A DNA stretch of 59,207 bases, from NCBI RefSeq assembly GCF_000181795.1, contig NW_003526947.1, positions 872,846 through 932,052 of the forward strand, given 5' to 3'. Every line of letters begins with the position of its first letter. Within the stretch, counting starts at the first letter, position 1. The DNA comes from Trichinella spiralis. Lineage: Eukaryota. Under the pieces are notes generated by a model. That model saw nothing but the letters and a program-made list of their open reading frames with translations. It searched no databases and was not told where the DNA came from. Positions 12,501 to 29,699 of the stretch are shown here, piece by piece. Both the position numbers and the translations under genes were made by a program.

Positions 12501-12636
12501 GTTTCCACCACATTGTTGAACCGAGAAGGAGAAGTATGACGCGAGATGTTATGTTAGAACGTTCTTTTTTTATTTATTTATTGCTATTTTGTAGGAACGA
12601 GCAAGTCACTTGCAGAAAACCATTCAACAAGGTTGA
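9510..12636 (+). CDS. Cytoplasmic intermediate filament protein, nematode IFA type (ifa-4-like), multi-exon
   Basis: Head [11 protein letters not shown]; coil 1[17 protein letters not shown]; coil 2 end [16 protein letters not shown]; lamin-tail domain ([15 protein letters not shown]...QIWARDQGG). Last exon [13 protein letters not shown] ends at 12636 with no CaaX box, so it is not a lamin. Confidence 0.95.
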
Positions 12637-13173
12637 GCAAGAAAGTTGTTTTTTTTGTTCAACAACAAACAATACAGAAAAAAATGCTGAGAAAGGGGTG
12701 GGGGGTAGCTTTGATTCTATTAATTGGTCGGTATTATTTATATTTTTATGGTGTTTCGTGGATCGACTGCCGTATACAAATTGAAAAATACAGAAAAATT
12801 ACGAAAGGTAATATTCAACAAAAAACGTATATTGTTGCCAAAGTTAGTTGAATGGTTTTTTTTTGATTCAAAAGTTCTATTATCAAGTATCAAATTTATA
12901 ATATCGTTCTATTTTTCAAGAAGCTTTATTTTTATTCACACGCACGATGATAACAATTTGAAATGGAACTTTTTTTTTTCTAATTCTAAACTTTGCTCAT
13001 TCAATGCTCTATATCGAAATAGTGATTGTGAAAATAAAACTTGTGCAACAATTTCACTACGGTAACAGAAATAAATTATAACAAATTTACGCGAAAAATA
13101 TATGTAAAAATAACCTTCACCAATAAAATTTTCATTTTTTGCTACGTACTTTTTATCAGCATCAACAAATTCT

Positions 13174-15789
13174 TTAATCGAACGGCATATCTGAAATAAA
13201 AAAGAAGCAAAAAATAAAGAACACATAAATGGGAAAAGAATTTTTTTTTAAATCTTCACCTGAAAAATAATCGCCTTCATTGATGTTTTCAACCCACCAA
13301 GCTCCAAAATCAAGATCACCATCACTATCACCACCAACACCAAAACCGACATCACCAACATCAAAACCGACATCACCAACACCAAAACCGACATCACCAA
13401 CACCAAAACCGACATCACCAACACCAAAACCGATATCACCATTACCACCAACACCAAAACCGACATCACCATCATCACTGGAATTTGGCAACTGCAGCAA
13501 AATCGGATCAATTGAAACCACCTTAATTATTACAAATGATCAATCGAATAAATTTGAATATTTCCATTAAGAACAACAAACGATATGAAATATTTAGAAA
13601 AAAAATATCTATCTATGTAATAATGAAAATAATACGGCAATACCGGAATATTATTATCCGTCAAAGGCAAGTTTTCTGAGTTTCCTCTTTCAGTGTACTC
13701 GCGTTGTGCATCGGCCAATTCATAGACACCGTCTGGTTTAGGTAAATATCTAAACATAAAGGTACTTTTTTACTTTCTTTTCGTAAATTAACATGAACAA
13801 TTTCTATTTTCATAATAAAATACACTGCTCAAGAAAGCAGAAAGCATCGTGTGACAATAATATATAAGAATATTTTCAATAACCATAAAAAATCTTAAAT
13901 CTGCATCATTCATCTGTTATTCTCTCTATTCTTATTTAACCTAAGTTACGTACTTCTTCTATAAATTAAGAAGCATCTTACTTGAACCGATTAGTATAGG
14001 AAGGAGGAGACATGTTGTGTTCCGTTTTCAAATGCTTAGATAACTTATCTCGACGATCGAAATTTTCCAAGCATAAATGACATCGATATGGTCTGAGCTT
14101 CTAAAAATATTACAATAATATTAAAAATTATCTGAAAATATAAAAACAAAAACCCATACATGAACTGTTCTTCTATGAACTGTGTAACTTGATAACGTCA
14201 TAAAGCCAATTCCACAAATTTTACATGGATGCACAACATGGCTCGCATGAGAAAACTCATGCGCTCTCATATCTTGAACTGTTTTAAAGCTAAAATAAAT
14301 AGAACAAATTAAAATAACAAAATACAAAAAAAAGAATCATTACCGTTTATCACACTTCGAGCATTTAAAATCACATTGGGATTTATGCATGTGCAGCATG
14401 TGTTTTTTCAAGTTACTCTTCGATACCGCAGGCCGTCCGCAAATCTCACAAACTACTTTGTACTCTAAAAAAACAGTCACTTGATTCCTGTCCTTAATAA
14501 ACATCTTCACGGAAATATAAATACACTTTGTAAAATTAATATTAAAAATGAAAAAAACTTTTCACCAAAATATTTTCTTCAAGTAAATCTGACCCTCCTG
14601 TCTTTGATGCTTATTTAAAATTTGCAACCACAAAATACAAATAAATATTTACCGTGGCATTTTTTGTGAACTTTCAGCAAGTATTCGCTTTTAAATTTCT
14701 TCAGACATTTGTTGCATTCATACCTGCATTCATCTGAAATTCGAATCGCAATCAAATCTTTTTCCAAAAAATCAATATAAATATATGAGAACATTGAACA
14801 TTATAAAAAGTTGTTTCAAAATCAAACAATTACATGTATGATGCATATTTATGAAAAAATAAAGTGATGATACAGTTTACAAAAAAGCATACCCCCTCGA
14901 GCATGGCGCATCATGTGAAATAACAGACCCTTCCTGTTAGAAAATGTCTGCGTGCAACATAGACATGACATCAGCTTCGATCCGGTGTGAGTTTTGACAT
15001 GCTCAAGTAATCCTGAGCACTGTTTAAATTCCTTACCACAGTCTAAACAAATATTTATTAAAATCAGCATTCGAGAGTATTTATACGATAAAAAACATCA
15101 TAAAAAACATATATTACTATCCCATTGGCATATTTTCGGTATTCTCGGCGCTTTATTATTCTTTTCTTTGCACGCTTTAACATGATCAGCAACATGGGCA
15201 TAAAAGTCGTCCAATTTTGGAATGTTCATCTATGATTAAAAACCAAAATATATTAAAAAAATGAATGTGAAATTTCTGATACATACATTGCAATCCTTCC
15301 AACAACAAATATGCTTTATGTTGTAAAGTGTTGGTGGAGGAATTCCGGTTTGCATCATTTTCAGCTCCTCCAACGGACATTGCAATTTACCCTCGGCATA
15401 TTCTTTTCGATTTATCAAAAACAATAATCCCCTTTCTTGCAAATTCAGTTCCTCACGGTGATACGACAAATGATCATTGTAGTCTTCTTCATTCGAAAAC
15501 AGGAGACTGCATTTAGAAAATGGGCATTTAATAGAATCTAAATAAAAAAAATACAACATATAATTTTATTATAATATTTTTACAAATCAGTTGAAATTTA
15601 GAGAAATGAAGAATCAACAAATATCACACCATTTTCTTTCACACTTCTGTGACCATTAATGTGTGAAACCATCTTATACCGTTTGACGGATCTGAATCGA
15701 CAACCAGATGCACAGCAAGCATACTTAAGTTTATCCTTCTGCTTCTTCTTCAACAGCGCAACCCATACACATCGACTAATGATAGCCAT
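13174..15789 (-). CDS. HINFP: HINFP-like (histone H4 transcription factor) multi-C2H2 zinc-finger protein, multi-exon
   Basis: Spliced fingers ICCWKDCN..FYAHVADH, CQWDNCGKEF..LLEHVKTHTGSKLMSCLCCTQTFSN, YECNKCLKKFKSEYLLKVH, and last finger CSLCLENFDRRDKLSKHLKTEH followed by PSYTNRFKYLPKPDGVYEL, which parallels the HINFP C-terminal WPSGHPRFRY..DG motif. Acidic tail ends DMPFD*. Start codon is tentative. Confidence 0.75.
13332..13470 (-). repeat. 21-bp coding minisatellite (GGTGATGTCGGTTTTGGTGTT; GDVGFGV), ~6 copies, in the HINFP-like tail exon
   Basis: Plus strand shows repeated accaacaccaaaaccgacatc; minus frame reads GDVGFGV x6. Confidence 0.9.
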
Positions 15790-18700
15790 TTCTAAACCAT
15801 ATACAAAAATTCAGAATCAATTTTCAATAATACTAAAAATTTATTGTAAAAACTAATTTTTTTGCGAAATTACATTTTAAATTAAAAAAAGTTGTCATTA
15901 AAAATAGTTTAAATTTGTTTAAAATTAAAATTTTCACTTAAAAATGACTTTAAAATAATTTTAATAATAAATAAATAAAATCAATAATGAATAATAAAAT
16001 GAGTCATATTTACAAAAAATACAGTATTCAGATTTTATCGGGATTCGAAATAGTCACATCAAAATTAATTACAACTGGCTAAATAATTCAAAAAATTATT
16101 AAAACTCTACATGCATGTTTGAAATATTATTTGTCTATTGATTTGATTGTTTTTAATTTAAATTAAAATATTTCTTAAATTTACTTAATTTATTGAAACA
16201 GATTTATTAACTTTACCTTTACCCAGTTAATTTCGATAAAACAGCACCGAATCAAATGAGCAAACCAAAAATCTCCCGTAAAATGGCACCACCAACACCG
16301 AACAACACGAAGGAAATAATGGTTCTAAAAAATTGACAGTAAAAAGAAATTAAAGATTGAACGAATTTTCGCGGCACGTGACCTGATTTTAAGAAAACAA
16401 AACATGAAATAATTCAAAAATTATTATTTTTAAATAATTAAATAAAAAGTATTAAGTTTATTATTTTCAATGATTAAAATTTTGCTTATATAATAGCTAA
16501 ATTAAAAAAAATTCTATATCAAAATTTACCATTGTGATAAACTGTTACAGTAATATAAAACTGTTCTTTTGAAAAATCATTTAAAATAGCAAATTGGCTT
16601 CATATGTTAAAAAAATTCACATTTTTGGTGTTTCTAATAGTTGTTTAATTTTATTTTTGCGTCAGCTGTTTTTTTATATCTGTAAACAAATGATTACTAC
16701 TGTAGAGGCTAAAGGGGCAACTGTAAGTTTCGAATATTGTTCAAGTTAAGTAGAATTATTATCAGAAATGATGGCAGTTTACAGACTGAAATGAGGTGAA
16801 AAATTTATACTAAAAATTTATCCCAATCCACAAGCGATGTGATTCGTCTATTTATCCATAAATTCGCATTTCAGACTTTACAGTACACACTTGGGGCGAT
16901 TAGGATTTTTATCTCTTGAAAATCCAACATGTCAAATTAAATTATTTAAAAGCGTAACGAGAAAGTACATAAAACTACCGATATTTCAGCTTTCCGATTG
17001 AGCAATATATCGGTATAATTTGTTACTGTCAGGAACTGCCATTCTGTCGTACAGGGCGGGCTGCGTAATAATTAACTCCCGATGATTGGCGGCAAAAAAT
17101 GATTCTGCTTGAGAATTTGCCCAAGCGAATGCGTGTATGGGTGGATCTACTTGGGATTTTCTGTGCTGCATGTACAGCAAATTTTTCATCAGTTGAGGCG
17201 CTTAACCAAACAGCGGAAACAGTAACGCAAATGAAACGACACTGTTTCAGTTAATTATTAAAAACTGCGTGCACCATTACAAAATTTCAACTCTATGCTA
17301 CAAGTGCTACATTTCATACTAAATGCAAAACTGAAGCTAATTAAAAATTAAGTTCACCTCAACATTTTTCATATTTAGCAGCGTACGCAGTTTTCAACTT
17401 ACATCACATACAAAATAATTATACAATTACTGGGAAACCTCGATAAATTTTTTCATTATTTAAATGTTTTATAATAAGCTTTGTGGCCAGATTTTATCAA
17501 AGAATGGATATTCTTGTTCACTGGACAGTTTCCTTGTTTCTCTCCATTCTTATCATTATCTCCAGTTGCTCGAATTGATGAAGCGTCGATGCTTTTGATT
17601 CTAATTCTGGTTGTTTCTTCATCGTCAGTGCTTTATGAAATAATTTCATTTCAATTCTGTCGTTTCAGTTCATTTTTGTAAATTTCTCAGTTTTAGGTAA
17701 GTTTGTTCGGTTTTTATTGTCCGTCAGCAATTTTCACTATAAATAACGAATCTTACAAGTTGTAGTTATTAATTCATGCTATTTCAATATTGGTATTTTA
17801 ATAAAAAAACAAACGTCAAAACACAGGATTCAACTTTTCGCAATATAAATCTAATCTATAAATACAAGAAACCAAAAATGTTGAATACTTTGACAATGCG
17901 AATATTGTCATTTTGTTTGGTACTTTTTATTTTACTTCCTTGTAACAGCTCATCCAGTTATTGAGACGACAGTTTGCACATGCGTGAATATTTAATTAAA
18001 AATGCTGATAATGAAAACCATTTTCATTACAAAATGAATAATATAAAAATACTGTGCAAAAATAGAATATCAACTTCTTTAAATTGAAATTATATTTTAT
18101 TTCAAGCTAATGCGTTTAACTATAAAACCGATACACTTTTCAAACTTCGCCTATTAATATTATCTTGAACAAAACTAAAGAAACTGTCACTCTAATCTCA
18201 CGATAGGAATTTGCATTCCAATAAATCAACACGGAAAAATGTTAGGCAGCAAAACAACCGTTTACTACTTGATTATTGAAAAACATTCTTGTAGAAATAG
18301 TAAAAAATAATAAAAAACAGTTGAGATTATAGAACAAGCTGAATTAATTATGACAATATTGAAAAAAAAGAAAAAACAACATTGAACGCACATTTCAAGC
18401 ATTGAAATCATTTTGTATATCAAATTAAAAACAAATTGCACTATAAAAATAAAAGCATCTTTTATAACAAATTGTAATGTACATTTGAGAGCCCAAGGGT
18501 AATGTGGTTGATGCAACTTTGACAGAATTTCAGAATTAAAAAAAGTTGAATAATGAAGATTAAATTTAAAAAAATTAAACATTTATATTGTAAGAGAAGA
18601 TTAATTGAATCTCATATTTTACAAATTATATGGGAGTTTTTTCATTTCAAAATATATAAATAACGTATCACTAACAAATGAAATCAGCAAGAACAACGAT

Positions 18701-19333
18701 GCAGGCACCATATAAAGCAACGGAATTATCATCATATTAGCTGCTGCAATCTGACCAATCAACAACCTACGGTTAATCAGTAAATGATTTGTTCAAGTTA
18801 AGATTTTTTGATATGCTTTTCGAAACAATAATAAATAAATTTCCTTTAAATTTATTAATAAAAAGTATAATCATAATGTTTTTCATTTATGTTACATATA
18901 TTTTCATGCACTTCACTATGATTTTAATTTAAACCTCATTTCTAATAATGTCTACTATATGATACTGTAATACTTGTTTTTGAAAAGTTTTTTGAAACGA
19001 GTCGCTGTTTTACATTTTAGTTGTATATTTACTGCAGCTTTTATAATATTTTGAACAAAAAGTATTTGACTTTTTAATGATGCCTATTTTCTGGTGTATC
19101 AAATTGCTACTGAAGCGATGTTTGAATTAGGCAAATAAATAAATATTAAATTTACTTTAATTTTTCATTATTTATTTTTCTTTAAATAGCGAATCTTTCA
19201 AAGAATAATAATTATTCAAGTGAAATGACAATTTCAATATTACTTTCATTCTACAGTATATGGTTTGCAATTTTTTCTTCCACCAGTTTGTATGTTCTGT
19301 ATTTTAGGCTCTGATTTTGAATATTCTTTCGTC

Positions 19334-23044
<3,711 letters not shown>

Positions 23045-24015
23045 GGATGCTAGTTTTTAGCCAGTGAACAACAACTGGCGCATCCTGTAATTCGATTGAT
23101 AAATTGTTTAGTAAAATTCTAAAATTAGTTAATGTACGTTTGTTTTGTTCGTCTTGTGCATTGTCGTTGCATTTTGAGAATCAATGCTCGAATAAGTAGC
23201 AGCAACGACATTTCAGTCGAACAATTAATTATAATTGGTCTGTTTGAATTTCGACAATCTGCGTCAAAGTTCATCTGATCGATTGTGTGTTGTAAACGTT
23301 GGAAGTGAGGAACAGTACTTTGGAGTCATTTAATTTCGCAGCGGGCGTTTGCGAACTCTTGAAAATAACGCTAATTTTCTTTTTAATTTATGCAATTCAA
23401 ACAAAAGAAACGTGTGCACGGTCGATATTTAAGTTTTGTAGGGTTTACTGTATTTTTGTACGTATTCGTCGAATCTCATCCGCGTGGTAGATTCATACCA
23501 AGAACACGGGTTTCTTGGCTACTTTTTATTAAAATCAAAACTCTGTGATCTGACATTCGACACAAGCATTCGGCATAGACAAATACAGGCGCATTCTTCA
23601 CTTAACCCAATCACGTTCCTTTTCATTCAGTCTTTTGTTATAGTGTAATGACGCTAGCTACCTCTTCCATTTGCAAAAAAGAAGTCCGAACAGGCCGTCT
23701 GTCTAGCTTTGTCCACTGGTGACGGACGGATTGCGTTCAACCAAAAGCTAGTTTCATCATGAAAAAAGACTTTTATTTATAAGCGACCTGCTTTGTAGAT
23801 AATCCACATCTGCAGCAGGCAAAGTGCTGCTTGTGAAAAAGTCGTTAATTTATTTACATCCACGGAATACTTTATACCTGCATTTATTTTGTAGTTTACA
23901 GTATGGTAATAGTATAATTTTTAAAATTAGTTTTGTAGTTCATTAGTGTTGAAGCAGACTGGTTCTTCGATTGAACAAGAAATGGATTTTCTTTGATACA
24001 TTAGTACGACCATAA

Positions 24016-25596
24016 ATGAAAAGGAAAACAAGAAAAAATACTGCTGTATCACTTCCACAGACCACTGTTGGCGGATTTCCATGGGTAAGTGCATATCAGC
24101 CTGGACATTTGAATCAGTTAGTAGTGAATAAAAGAAAAATTGCTGAAATGCAGAAAGCCATAGCTTGTTCATTGAAACGAGACTCTGATTCACGTATTTT
24201 ATTGGTCACTGGTTGTAGTGGATGTGGAAAAACGATCACTGTTCGTTTGTTATGTGAAGATATGCGAATTCGTGTTGTCGAGTGGAAAGGATGCATCGAC
24301 AATGGCGACTGCGTTAGTTATTTTTCAGTTTCTGAACAACTTCGGCAGTTTGAAGAGTTTCTACTTCGCAGTAGTCATTATTCAACCATTGTACAAACAG
24401 ATGAATATGACAACGATTATCAGGATCGAGTGATTCTTGTCAAGGAAATTTTGCCTGTTTTCACTCGTGATCCGTCTCTTCTTCATCAAATTCTGAAGAA
24501 ATTTTGGTCTACGTTTAATATTCCAGTCATTTTCATATTAACTGAAGACGGCTCTGACGGTTCTCGTGCTATTTTTCCACCTGAAGTTCAACAAAATCTT
24601 GGCATATCGACAGTCAGTTTTAACGCTATTCCTGTTACCTCAATTATCAAACATCTGAAGTTGGTTGATTTTAAATATTGTTAACTGATTTTGTTCATTT
24701 CAATATTGTGACTATTAAGGAATATTTTGATTCAAGAAGCCAAGCAGTTAAATGCTTCAACTTTGAAAGCAGTTGCCGAATTTAGTCAAGGTGATTTACG
24801 TATGGCAGTCAATAATTTGCAACTGATATGCCAGCATGATGATACGAGTGCATTGACTCCATGTTACCGTGATAATTTCTGTTTACTTTTTCCTTCTCTG
24901 GGGAAATTTTTGTATGATAAATTTGGTCATTCGTCTCAAACAGTAGTGGCTAACAGTGAACAAGACGAATCATCGGAATCTGTACTTCCAGAAGATACGG
25001 TGTGCAAAAGTGGTCTTAGGGAGGATATTTTTTGTTTGTATCTTTTTGAAAATTATCTTGATTTTCGTAATAGTTTGGAAGACATTGTGAAAATATCTCA
25101 GTGCTTCAGTTTTGTCGACTGTCTTGGAAATTGGGAAACGATGGAAATATGTCATCCTTATTTTGGTAAGTTTAAAGCCAACTGAAAAAAAACAATAAGC
25201 TAGTGTTGATAACTAATAGTCTAGTGTTGTTGTACTTCAGCAAGTGTGGGAGCTCGAGCTGTGAGCACGTTTTACACAGAAAAACGTCCGTTGCGATTTC
25301 AGCAAACAAGAAAACCACAAGATTTTTTGGCAAACAAAAACAGCAACCTTGTTCGACATGCTTGTGTACCCCTTCGAGAGTCAGTCGGCGGCAACATTTT
25401 AATTGATAAAAGTTCATTCTATGCCGACTACTTGCCGTATATGATCTCCAAGTCATGCTTAGGGACAAATCATTCCAGTTTTCACATGTCGTGTGTCGCT
25501 TTATCTGGTGCTCTGCATGACGCTTCTAAGCTGGGAGAAGAAGAAATTAATGAATCGGAAATTATTATCGAACAGTTTAGTGATGATGAAAGCTAA
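24016..25596 (+). CDS. RAD17: Checkpoint clamp loader RAD17 (hpr-17), three exons (~24016-24659, 24720-25164, 25240-25596)
   Basis: PWVSAYQP..LVVNKRKI; ILLVTGCSGCGKT (Walker A); VVEW; ILVKEILP; SFNAIP; GDLRMAVNNLQ; LGKFLY; LYLFENYLDF; DYLPY; acidic end IIIEQFSDDES. Confidence 0.9.
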
Positions 25597-25906
25597 AATA
25601 AATGCAATCCATTAATGCAATGAATCTGTCTTATTTTCTTTTTGTCCGATGTCCGGCAATTTTTCACAACAAGTAAGCTGTTGTACAAATATTTACTTCT
25701 GGGTACGTCAAGTACCATCAGATCAGAACAACTAAAAACTAATCAGAAGCAAACCAGATCAAACTATAAAAAGCACGACTCAAAAGTGTCAAGTGTTAAA
25801 GTGCATGGTAAAAGTGATAAAACTAACACAAATATGTGTATAATAAGCACACTCTTAAAACAATTCACAGCCATGAGAATTCATTAAAATCTTTTAGGAA
25901 GTAAGT

Positions 25907-28900
25907 TTAAGTTTTGTTGCTGTAATAGTCTGCAGATTTGCCTAAAAATGGCGAACCGGGTAAACGAGTTTTCAACAAACGATGATGCAATTTAATTTTC
26001 GGCTTCTGCAAGCATCTCTTTGCCTCAACAAATGCGACTCTGTCTACCAAAATGATGTGGTTAGAAGGACAATTTTTCACAAACGAATACTGTTCTAACA
26101 TATCCAAAATATCTTCTGCCACAATTCCACTTTTCTCTCTAAACAACCAATATAAGACAGTTTTCTTTTTCATTTTTCAAATGTAAGAAATAACATAACA
26201 TACTGCAATGATGTGATGCTAATTTTACGTCCATCTTTCTCATCCAAGATGTTAAAAATGCTGTATGTCCAATATTTCATAAAAGCGGAACGTCCTTCGT
26301 CTGACAGTGGTCGTTCAGGTGTTCCATACAAACGATTTCGCTTACATAACTCATAGCCTTAATAAATGAAACAGTACAAAACAGCACTGCCATGAGCTTG
26401 TGCAATATACTTACAAAACTCTATTAAAAACATTCCATACCCATTTCGCTGTTCATGAGGAAATACGCACAAACACGACAAAGCTTTTCCATTATCACCC
26501 GATTTTTCCTGAAACATAATAAATTAAATTTTTTTTAATAAGCAAATAAAAATCCACCTTTGAAAAATAGCCACAAGCTTCAATGACACCATCAACACCC
26601 TTACGGTACAAAACGTAAAACATGAATGGAGACAACAAATATGCGCAAACTTTGGACGAAATAAAATTTGAAGCAAACAAGCATAAATGAGAACATATAA
26701 CCTGAAACAGAATAAAAATGCAAAATAAAATTTAAAATACGCTTAATGGAATTGTTACACTATCAGTTTCCCCGTCAAATTCATAAAGAATCATGTTATC
26801 GCTCTCATAAGCTTTGTTCCCTTTTGTTTTACGGCGCGGACATGAGCTCTAAATAAAAATTGTGGGACAACAATTATTTGTTCAATAAAAACAACAAACA
26901 TATAACATAATTATATTATTACTAAATGAATTCTGTAATCCTTCAAATAAATGAAATAGGAGAAACATCTATTGCACACCCATAACTGCCCAGGTATTCG
27001 TGTGTTTCTTTGTAAAATTGATGGATACCAAGGAAACAACGCTACACAACCGAATTGAATAATAGAAATCAACTTAACAACAACCTAAATGTCAATGAAT
27101 ATGTAAAAGAATTTTTTCAAAAACACATATTCAAAATCATTACTCCAGTGTCGGATGGTGCTGGAGTAGCACTTTTGTCTTTCCTTCGGCTGCGTTTCAG
27201 TTTCTAAAAAACACTACAACAAATTAGAAAAATTGCTTCATAAATTATTTTCGATCATTTAACTGGTGGCCCATCTGGCATTGCATCGCTTTCAGAGTCT
27301 TCCAAAGGTTTAATATCACAGCGTCTGCACCACCTGTCCAATCGTATGTCATCTACACATTATTGCAAACATTAAAAAGAAATCAAAGCAAAGAAACAAA
27401 AGAGTCATCCTAAAACATTAGTTTGGCATGAATAAAGTGAACAATTAATCTGATGATTTTCGCAAACGCTCATTACTGCAATCATCATCAAATATTTGCA
27501 AATAAAAACGATACAGACTCAGAAACTCTTAAACAACTCCAAAGTATTTTTCAACACAGTATTCTTAAAACAATTATTAAATATCAACATTTTCAAAACT
27601 GTGTCATCAAACAAAATTTTAAAACGGGTAAAATGCCTCATAAATTGATCTGAAAACTCATTCAAAAAATAATGCAACATACCATCTCTAAAATGAATAT
27701 AGTATTCCAACAATTTCGATTTTTCAACGGATATATATCGACTATTATATACCACACCTTTTTCTAAAAGTGAATTTTTTTAACACGAATGATAAAGTTT
27801 TTCACAATTGCTAAAACTAAAAAGTATGGGGTGGTTTTACTCGGTCCCGCTNNNNNNNNNNCCATTGATACTGTATTTCTCATGGGCAGTAAGACGGATG
27901 AGAAGGTTTCATCTAATGTCTATAATGATAGGTTTAGAGAAGTGTTATAAACGTCATTGGGTGTCTGTGAATCCATGTAGCTGTACTAGAGAAGACAAGT
28001 AGTGCATGACAGGTCGTCAATATTGATTAAACTAGCCCAATGATAACATGTCAGTTGGACGTTTCTCCGTAGTTATCACAAAAGATACTAGTGTCTGAGA
28101 CAGGTACCCTTGGTGCAATACATCATAAGGGTAGATCATCCCATCTGTCGGTGGGTGTCAATATCAAAGCATGCAGTGTGGGTTGTCATAAAATGAAGAA
28201 ACATCAACAGCTTAATTCTTTTGTGCCATTTATTGCTTTTGCTTTGTTGGCATCGGCAAAGACAGAGCATGTTTCAAAGTTAGTACCTAAACCACCTCAA
28301 AAATGATCAACCCTTAGTGGCTGTGTTCATAAGATTACTTATGCGAAAGCTTGCAAGTTTACGTGACTTGAGCATAAGATGTTCGTCAGTGAGTCGGGTA
28401 ATGACCAATGAGAGAAAAGCGGGACCGAGTAGTACCAAACCAAAAAGTATTATTAAACGCCCAAGTAAAAATTATTTATATGCTTTTCATAAATATAACA
28501 TGCAGGATAGTTCGTAAAATTATTAATAAAGCATTACAAATCAATATCAATAAATACAATGAAATTACACTTAATCTTTTTTTATCATACTGTAAGAAAA
28601 ATAAAATTACTTTCACTTGACAAATCTTAAACCATTCTTTGACAATAATGCGAGTACTTTTAAATAAGAATTGAAATCTGAAACTTTGTAACGTATTAAA
28701 TAAAGATTAATTTTTAAAAAAATGTAAATTAACAAAATAATAATAATCAAAACTACGTTTCAAATTTTCATATTATACCAATCATGAAATTTCAGAATAA
28801 TACATTTTATTCAATATCTTCAATAAAAATAGGTAAAGACTTGAATTTGAAAAGGTACTGCGTTATACATTTTAGAAAATTTTTTACCGTATGTTTACAT

Positions 28901-29179
28901 AAACATGATTATCGTTTTTAAAAATAAACATAATGAATAAATAAATAAATAAATAAACATTTTTATTTTGATATTTACTTAAATACACAAAGAACAATCT
29001 TCATTATAACTTCATCATTATTTTAATGTAACAGAAAAATGAATCCACGCTTACGCTTAAAACTGAATATAAATCATTCACTTACTCCATTCGTTAAAAG
29101 TAGTGACAGCTAGCACACTTGTTCCTTTCTGTAGCGATGAAAAGAAGTATTTTGCATTTGAACGAGAACGAACAGCCAT
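25907..29179 (-). CDS. Divergent MYST-family histone acetyltransferase (KAT5/KAT8 architecture: chromo-barrel, C2HC, MYST)
   Basis: Exon 1 (29179-29086) splices in frame to exon 2 at 27763 (..NEWKKGVVYNSR..EYYIHFRDD-DIRLDRW, chromo-barrel). Then IQFG..PWYPS; CNRCFSYF..RIHL-SCP; YEFDG; LCLFASNFISSK; GYFSKEK; LSCLCVFPHEQRNGYGMFLIEF; GTPERPLSDEG; last exon stop at 25907. Confidence 0.88.
27828..28441. mobile_element. Non-autonomous TIR DNA transposon (Merlin- or Mutator-like) in MYST intron 1
   Basis: Left end GGGGTGGTTTTACTCGGTCCCGCT versus right-end reverse complement GGTTTGGTACTACTCGGTCCCGCT (20/24 identical); flanked by a perfect 9-bp direct repeat AAAAAGTAT (27819-27827, 28442-28450). A 10-N gap lies inside. 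Confidence 0.8.
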
Positions 29180-29699
29180 TTCAATTACCGTTAAAAATGT
29201 CAAATAGAAAGCAAAGAATAAAGTTTATTGATATGAATTAAAGTACAGTATGACAAAAGAAAATCATGTTTTTTTTAAAAATAAAATTATATTGTATGCA
29301 GTTCTTAATTCAGAAAAATTTGATTGAATTTTAATTAAAAAAAAGCATTTATGCAACAAATTTTTAGATTTTTTTAAATGTGTGTCTTTTTTTAGGTAGC
29401 ATTTGAAAACTGAATTTGAAAAATATTAAGTATCTTTGACAAAATTTTTTTTGATGTTTCTTATTGAAATAAATCTTATTATGCAAAAACATGAATTGTT
29501 TAACTTATTTTATATTATTAAAGTTGTTAAGAGATTTTCAGTTCAAATTTGTAGATCTCTTTTGTAGGTGGACTGTATTGATCGATTTAAAATGATTTAA
29601 AACAATGTATGCTGTATAATTCAAATTTATTCAATTCAAGCAAAGGATAGGCAAAGGGACAGCAGCTAATGAACAGTTCAAGCGTTCTAGAAGACAGCT

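Noticed and set aside
13280..13570. Plus-strand extensin/mucin-like PTPKPTS ORF
   Set aside because: Antisense shadow of the HINFP-like tail exon, which has proper splice sites on the minus strand.
16986..17189. 67-aa ATG ORF in a GC-richer patch
   Set aside because: No motif, splice context or homology that I can recognise.
26414..26508. Possible loss of the MYST catalytic cysteine
   Set aside because: Correct-frame translation gives KALSCLCVFP, so the cysteine is present.
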